Below, in pieces: positions 36,030 through 44,040 of a stretch of DNA of 44,040 nucleotides. Under the pieces are notes generated by a model. The model did no database searches. It was not told where the DNA came from and saw only the letters and a program-made list of their open reading frames with translations. The stretch is taken from assembly GCA_002256025.1 (NCBI GenBank), contig NKIB01014383.1:1-44040 (forward strand). The letters run 5' to 3'. Every line of letters begins with the position of its first letter. The first letter of the stretch is position 1. The position numbers and the translations under genes are program-made. This DNA comes from Asterionella formosa. Taxonomy: Eukaryota.

Positions 36030-36729
36030 GTTATTTTTACTCTAATGCACCTGTACCTACCACCAATCGCCATAACAGACAAAGTAATGCAGTCTCTCCC
36101 AGATGTATTGCATCACAGATGTACTGCTGAAGATACTGACATTTGTCCATTCATGCGACCGTGAGCTTGGAATCAAAACAAACAATCAATGTGAAGTCAC
36201 CATAATGGATTTTTCATTTGAATCACCTCCACTGCTGTAATTTTTTGGAAAATTTTAAATTGAGGACTGCCATTGGGAAGAGAGAAAAACGCCGAAAACT
36301 CGAACCCATTGGATGTTCATCGCGAATGAAAGCTTGTAATCAAAGCAAAAATGAAGGCAAAGTCTAAATTCTGTTGGAATCACAATATTCATAGCTTGCA
36401 TTTCAAAACAGCATACCCTACATAGAGGTCGAAGCCGACAACGTCACTGGATGGACCTTGAACGCGCAACTCTCAAGTGTAATTCCAATCCGGGATGCTA
36501 AGGATCGCCTGGTGTTGAATTTGAGTAGGCACGATGCATCGAACAAAGAATAATGGCTTGAACGATGATTAAAATATAACAGGGTAAAGGATTCATGCCG
36601 CATGAAGGATGCAAATTGTAGCTGCAGCTCTGATATTTGACATCTACTGAAACTATGTGTACGCATGTAAACGATGAAAATGTTGATTATTTACGAACAA
36701 GTCTCAGCGAGGTGACAACAGACATTAAC

Positions 36730-37902
36730 TTAGGCCGATTTTGGATCTTGCTCTTTCGTTCCCATTGCCATGCGAAGTGCATGTTGGTTCGTTGCAGGTA
36801 GAATACTTGCCGACCGAAGCTTCGCAGCATGGCTATAAAGTGTTGTGGATCGACCAGCCGCAGCAAAGACTTGTCCAAAATCCTCGTCACCAGTCGGTTG
36901 TGTCCATGGCCACACATTGTAGATTTCTTTGTGGTACACTTCGTTGGTGAATTCGGACGTGAAGGCGAAAAAGGACCAAAGTGACACAAAGATAGAGCAA
37001 ATAAGTTGAATCCATTCAAAGGCAACAGACCACGGAGCAAAGCATGTCGCAAACAGCAAGCAAATGAGACTGCCAATCAAAATAGACGATAGTTTGTTCA
37101 TGATCAGTGTCTGTTTGAACAACACACAGACAAACGCCAATATATAAAAGTTTCGAATGAATGAACCTCCGGGGTCTGAGCCTCGCAACTCATCAGGAAT
37201 TTGATCAGGAAAGTATGCTTTGAAAATGAGCTTGGTGCCATTCGCCAACCAAAAGGAACCAAAGGCCATGAAGGCGGTTGCTCCATACACGTTGTTTCTG
37301 GCGGCTTCAAACATGCCAACAATTAATTGAAGGACACCCGAGACCCAGAACCCATATGGACCCCAAGTCAGAACAAAGGAAGGGTCCACTGTTCCCGGCA
37401 CGAGTCTCCCAAAAAGTTCTGCAGCCTCCAAAATGACAGTCAATGCAAACGCAAACAACCCAACAGGACTTGTGGAACAAAAGGGTGTTCCACTGGTTCG
37501 AACTTCATTTATTTCCCCTTGTTCCCCCGAGACAAGATCCGTCAATCTGATATTGAGGAATCCGGGATCATTCGCTGTCGTATCACTGAAATCGAATAAA
37601 ACCTTTCCGGTCATGCAGGCGTCGAGCAACATGAAGGCCTTGTAAGCATCCAGATAGACTTCGACCAACATGGTATCGTCATCAATTAATTTTATACCTT
37701 GCATGTCGAGAAAGTCAGCAATCTCTGTAGGTGAGCACGTTGCTGGTGGATCTTTCCAGATGCGAGCACTAGAGTGCGCCATGTCGTAACCAGGCCGATC
37801 AAGGTAGTACTTTACCACCACCTTGCGGGGCACTGGATCACTAGTATCAGTGAAAAGGCGGACATGGGTCTTGATGCTGGAAGTGGGGGCAACAGACGCC
37901 AT
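36730..37902 (-). CDS. GPR1/FUN34/YaaH (SatP/Ady2) acetate/ammonium transporter family protein
   Basis: SPVGLFAFALT, SGVLQLIVGMFE, NNVYGATAFMAFGSFW, six TM segments; first in-frame ATG at 37902. Confidence 0.85.
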   Translation of the reverse strand: MASVAPTSSIKTHVRLFTDTSDPVPRKVVVKYYLDRPGYDMAHSSARIWKDPPATCSPTEIADFLDMQGIKLIDDDTMLVEVYLDAYKAFMLLDACMTGKVLFDFSDTTANDPGFLNIRLTDLVSGEQGEINEVRTSGTPFCSTSPVGLFAFALTVILEAAELFGRLVPGTVDPSFVLTWGPYGFWVSGVLQLIVGMFEAARNNVYGATAFMAFGSFWLANGTKLIFKAYFPDQIPDELRGSDPGGSFIRNFYILAFVCVLFKQTLIMNKLSSILIGSLICLLFATCFAPWSVAFEWIQLICSIFVSLWSFFAFTSEFTNEVYHKEIYNVWPWTQPTGDEDFGQVFAAAGRSTTLYSHAAKLRSASILPATNQHALRMAMGTKEQDPKSA

Positions 37903-38685
37903 GGTGGGTTTTGGTAAAACGCTTGCGAAAATACGGGCCAACAATGGAACAAGGGAGGGCCAAAGGCGATGTGGCTGGCCAGGAAACGATGTTACGATAG
38001 GCACAACATGAGCAAAATGCGAAGCAATTTTTTTATATACTGTATGTAAGCAATATGCGTTTATTCATATACATGTACCGCTACCTGTATATGGTTTAGA
38101 ATGTGTTTCGTAAAAATCTCTTTGTACATAGATGATGCTACTACGGTATTACCAGTACTGACTTTTTACTCGGAGTTGAAGGAAGGCATTCTTGCAAGCA
38201 ACTTCTTAAATGTACGCACTGTGAGTACGGTACTACGTAGTTGATTCTTGTTCACTTGGAGGGTTCATGCCAGAAATCCTAGAGTACACTACCAGTACCG
38301 TGACATATATATAATAATAGCTTTAGCTAATATCCCATGGTTGCCGGTATTACCAGGGTGGGAGTACCTGATAGTAACAGGTACAGACCAGTTACCAAGT
38401 ACCGGTTACAAGGATGTGTGGTGGTCACCAAACGAATGAGAAGGATTCTTTCGTTGCGATCGCTCCGCCCGCCCATGCGGCACCATCACACAGATTCTTG
38501 GTTGTTTGTGAGATACTATTGTTCTGATGATGACTGAATGGTGTGCGTAAGAAGCACGCCCTGCTTTTTGCCATCTTCATCCATCATCCTTGAATATCCA
38601 TGGATTCGTATGAGTCAACTCCTATCCCGGCACGACTTCTTGTCTGCCTGCCTGTCGCCGTGTTTCCATGCACTAGCGGGTACCA

Positions 38686-38875
38686 GCAAGTTGCGGTCAT
38701 TTTGCTGAAATAAACATTTTAATCTTGGATAAAGATAGCTAAATCTTTATTTTCAGCAAAATTACCGTAAATTGCAGGTACCAAAGCAAGTTGCGGTAAT
38801 TTTGCTTAAACTAACAATTTAATATGGGATAAAGATAGCTAAACTTTTAGTTTCAGCAAAATTACCGCAACTTGC
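38686..38875. repeat. Two tandem 90-bp hairpin (MITE-like) units, period 100 bp
   Basis: Units 38686-38775 and 38786-38875 each have ~25-bp terminal inverted arms, consensus GCAAGTTGCGGTAATTTTGCTGAAA ... TTTCAGCAAAATTACCGCAACTTGC, around a shared core GGATAAAGATAGCTAAA. Confidence 0.92.
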
Positions 38876-39220
38876 ACAGGTACACTGGTACCAGGTACCC
38901 TCAGGTCGCAAGCACATACGGTACGGTACCTGGTACCAGGTAGTATGTTGTCTCATACTGGTACATCAATCAAGACTTCCAGGGTCCTCAGCCAAACAAA
39001 CAACAAATGCACATTTGCTGGAGTGGCTCCTTCCTCATTGATGATCATTTTGTATACCGGTAATTCTTCCTCGCTCATCCATCAGTTGACTTCAGAATTA
39101 TACTTACGGCGGAAGACTAGCTCATAGACCCTACCGGTAATAAGGGGGCCACCCAAAGTCTTGTGTGTGTGTTTATATCTTACCAAAAATAGCAAGACTA
39201 CCGGTATTCAATTAACCGTA

Positions 39221-39595
39221 ATGTTGCGTTCCATACCGAGAGCCCTACTTAAATCGTTCGAGACGACGACGAATCAAATACGGATCGACCCCGACAGCCG
39301 CCCGCCATTGAAGATACAACAAGTAGCTGCCGTGACGACCAAGGATGAGGTTCCCAAACAGCAACAACGAATGACCTTTCGTCAACGAATGGCCAATTTA
39401 AAGAACATGCCCGATCATTACAAAATGTTGTTTCTAGTGCAAGGGATCTTCATGATGGGAGTTCTATATGTTCGAATCAATATTCACTTAGAGGCAATTC
39501 TGAAAGAAGAGAAACAGCGACTTGCCGTGAAACAACTTGAAATGGAAGAGTCCCTGAGATTGGAGAACAAAGTTGAAGAGACGAAGAAAGCATAG
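39221..39595 (+). CDS. Small single-pass membrane protein, possibly mitochondrial
   Basis: MLRSIPRALLKSF presequence-like start, one TM (MLFLVQGIFMMGVLYV), C-terminal coiled coil. Confidence 0.6.
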   Translation: MLRSIPRALLKSFETTTNQIRIDPDSRPPLKIQQVAAVTTKDEVPKQQQRMTFRQRMANLKNMPDHYKMLFLVQGIFMMGVLYVRINIHLEAILKEEKQRLAVKQLEMEESLRLENKVEETKKA

Positions 39596-39832
39596 TCTTC
39601 TATGTCTACTATACAATAATCTAATGTTCCTCTGAGTTTCGTACCGTCCCATACTATCATTTGAAGTGTGGCTCGCATAATATCATAGAAACGCAAGAAA
39701 TGTTCAACAAGGACGACGCACTGTGCGAGTTGTTCGATAGAGAAAATATTTCTTGCATGATGAATGATGCACCGTATAGCAGAGTGTTTCATCCACATCA
39801 AGGAGCTTTCGACCTCAGTTTCTCTCATCATT

Positions 39833-40678
39833 TTAATGATTATCAAAGAAATGAATGTCCCACTGGCGCCAGTCAAAGTTCCAATCATTCCAGTCAAAAT
39901 TCCAATCATTCCAGTCCACTTCCATATGAAAGCATTCAAACCAACCCATGTCTTGGCATTCTTCCGACATTTGAACAAGGGCAACCCAGATGCCAAATAA
40001 CTGGCATACAATTGCCAGAAATGCCCATTGCAAACCCACGCATCGCGGCGGACAACAGGGACATACTTCCATATAGCATGCATAGGCGTCACTGCCGTGA
40101 ACAGATCGCACAATTGTATCCGAATGAATATCTGCAATTGCAAAAATGCCCGTAAATACTCCAAGAAATTGGACAGCAAATTGTAGAATGGGAGTATAGT
40201 AACACCACTCGATGACCAACAATGAGATTGTCACAATAGCATAGGCCAAGTTTAGATAGACCATGGTCTTGTTTGGGGAATAGCACAGAGATATGAAGAG
40301 TGCCACAACGAATCCAATAGCTGCGGCTGTGGATGTCTTTCGGCCACCACTCAAAATGACAAAGATCATGGCGAAAATGGCACACCCCACATACCCAGCC
40401 GGAATGATGAGGCAACGACACCCACCTCGATATCGTGTCACTCCGCCTTCGGACTCGTAGACTTCCAGTTGCTTTACATCTCCGCCCGTCAGCCAGCAAG
40501 CGGTTGCGTGGGAATATTCGTGGAGAAAGACGGCCATGAGCCGCATTGGCTTAGCTATAAGAGTCTTCCATGTGATGAGAGCAAGGGCGACGTAGGCTAT
40601 GTATAGTAGAACAAATAGTGATTGTGCGTCATTGCAACAGGACCAATGCTCGCCATTGCTGTTGTATGCAATTCCCAT
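39833..40678 (-). CDS. Peptidase M50B-like intramembrane metalloprotease
   Basis: VFLHEYSHATACWLTGG (HExxH), EGGVT, PAGYVG, SDA motif, multiple TM segments. Confidence 0.88.
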   Translation of the reverse strand: MGIAYNSNGEHWSCCNDAQSLFVLLYIAYVALALITWKTLIAKPMRLMAVFLHEYSHATACWLTGGDVKQLEVYESEGGVTRYRGGCRCLIIPAGYVGCAIFAMIFVILSGGRKTSTAAAIGFVVALFISLCYSPNKTMVYLNLAYAIVTISLLVIEWCYYTPILQFAVQFLGVFTGIFAIADIHSDTIVRSVHGSDAYACYMEVCPCCPPRCVGLQWAFLAIVCQLFGIWVALVQMSEECQDMGWFECFHMEVDWNDWNFDWNDWNFDWRQWDIHFFDNH

Positions 40679-40904
40679 TTCGATGGTGTATGCAAAGCAG
40701 TAATGGCCGTTACTCGCATGGAAATCTTGGAGGTACTGATCGCCTCCTTGCTAACTTTCAACTCTCAAGGCGGACGACGTTTGGTTGAAAGGACTTGTTC
40801 GAGCTACCGGTACTATCAATGGACTCGCAATAATCATTTCTTGAACTCTCACAAATTGATGTGTTCCTTTGCTTAGCAGCCTGCACCCTATGTTCCAATG
40901 TACA

Positions 40905-41082
40905 GGTTCCTGGTATCAAGGAGTCTACCGGTATAGACCGGTTTGCTTGGTGTGCTGCATACCGGTACCAGGGGTACCTTGGTACCTGGTAGTGTACAGC
41001 ACTTGATGTACCGGTACCGGTACAGGTTTTACCAGGTGCGTATGAGTACCTGGTGCTAGGGGTACCTAGTACACGGTACGCA
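40905..41082. repeat. GGTACC/CCWGG/ACCGGT palindrome cluster between divergent M50B and tubulin genes
   Basis: TACCGGTACCAGGGGTACCTTGGTACCTGGTA, GTACCGGTACCGGTAC, CTAGGGGTACCTAG. Confidence 0.8.
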
Positions 41083-41302
41083 CTAAATTTCTAAAGGCAG
41101 CCATCCCGGAGCGCGTTTTCCAATGTAATCGTCCGTATGTAGAAAAAACGACAGCAAATGTGGCAAACCGGTTTATTTTATATGCATATCTTCGCGCCGA
41201 ACTCCATCTGAGGAGGCATCCTCGATTTGAATTTCAACGAGACGAGCCCTTCGACTAAAGTTCCTGTCGGATCAACGAAAAGCAGTACTACTTCCGGCGT
41301 AG

Positions 41303-43165
<1,863 letters not shown>

Positions 43166-44040
43166 ACAAGAAAGTAGTTCAATTATGCAAGCAGCCAATC
43201 TCAAGCTGGGAAGTGGCGCATATTTTTTCAAGTACTGTGTCATGATATGATCAAACAATTGGATAAGTGTTGATATTATGGGTAAAACAATGCGTTGATG
43301 TTTTTCTAGCTGTTTGTAGCAGAGCATGGTCGTATTCCTTTAATTTGCAATTTCTTTTTGAAAGCAGGCAATTTTGACACAAGAATGGGATGTGCGCATG
43401 TGCTGCTTGTACTTACCACCTATTAGCCATCATAGACTGTTCCCATTGCACTGGTAACATGGTGCTGGTACCAGGTACCCTAACATTGCAACCATAACTT
43501 GGTTGCACAGTATACCCTGCCGTCATGTATAGCTACTAAATGCAACTATTTTGGCCCAGAGGGAGTACCTGATACCGGTGTTAGTATTTGTAATGCATAC
43601 ATCACTAAGCAGCTATAGGCCAAATCTAGAACATACTGCTACAAACAGATGAACAAATATATCACTAAATACTTGATAAAGACCAAATCTAGTAACCAGG
43701 TACGTTATATATGAGTGAGTCCACCCTAACGAATGGAGTAGATGAGGTTATACAGTTGTTCGTATAAAACGTCGTTTTCCTGACAAGCAAGCAAAGAATT
43801 GTCATGGGTAATTAAGGGACGAATACTATGCTAGACGAGATTACCAATACTGGTACATAGTCTAATATGTATCTAATTAACAGCTTACAGCAACTGGATA
43901 TGTCAGGCGCCTAGACTATATCGAAGCATATCAATACTAGGCATATACCGGTATATGGGATAAGACTATTAGATGCCTCGATAACAGGAATCGATCCTCC
44001 CTATACCATATTGTCAAGTTGAATGATGGTGATGAACCTG

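Noticed and set aside
35930..36130. 66-aa ORF containing GGLAQLVERVLSMHEV
   Set aside because: It is a translation of the tRNA-Ala gene
39484..40179. 231-aa and 164-aa ORFs overlapping the M50B gene
   Set aside because: Alternative-frame or antisense shadows of the real CDS and its repeat

Overview
Eukaryotic nuclear DNA, most likely from a diatom or other stramenopile. This is inferred from compact genes, mostly short GT-AG introns, SdrD-B-like repeats and diatom-style transposon ORFs. About 1-14 kb and 19-24 kb are mostly decayed transposons: a CACTA/Plavaka-like fossil with a ~200-bp terminal repeat present twice, a MULE-SWIM transposase converging on a frameshifted 2OG-Fe(II) dioxygenase-like gene, and an IS630/Tc1-mariner-like fossil flanked by two outward-pointing tRNA-derived units. 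The rest holds apparently intact genes: a SAM methyltransferase, a 4-exon EEP-family hydrolase with a possible alternative first exon, two tandem FEX/CrcB fluoride exporters, a C2/U-box protein, a stand-alone DHFR, an MFS transporter, tRNA-Ala(AGC), a GPR1/FUN34/SatP transporter, a small membrane protein, an M50B-like peptidase and a divergent beta-tubulin. Clusters of palindromic GGTACC/CCWGG/ACCGGT words sit mainly at gene 5' ends. All calls come from reading motifs by eye; no searches were run.
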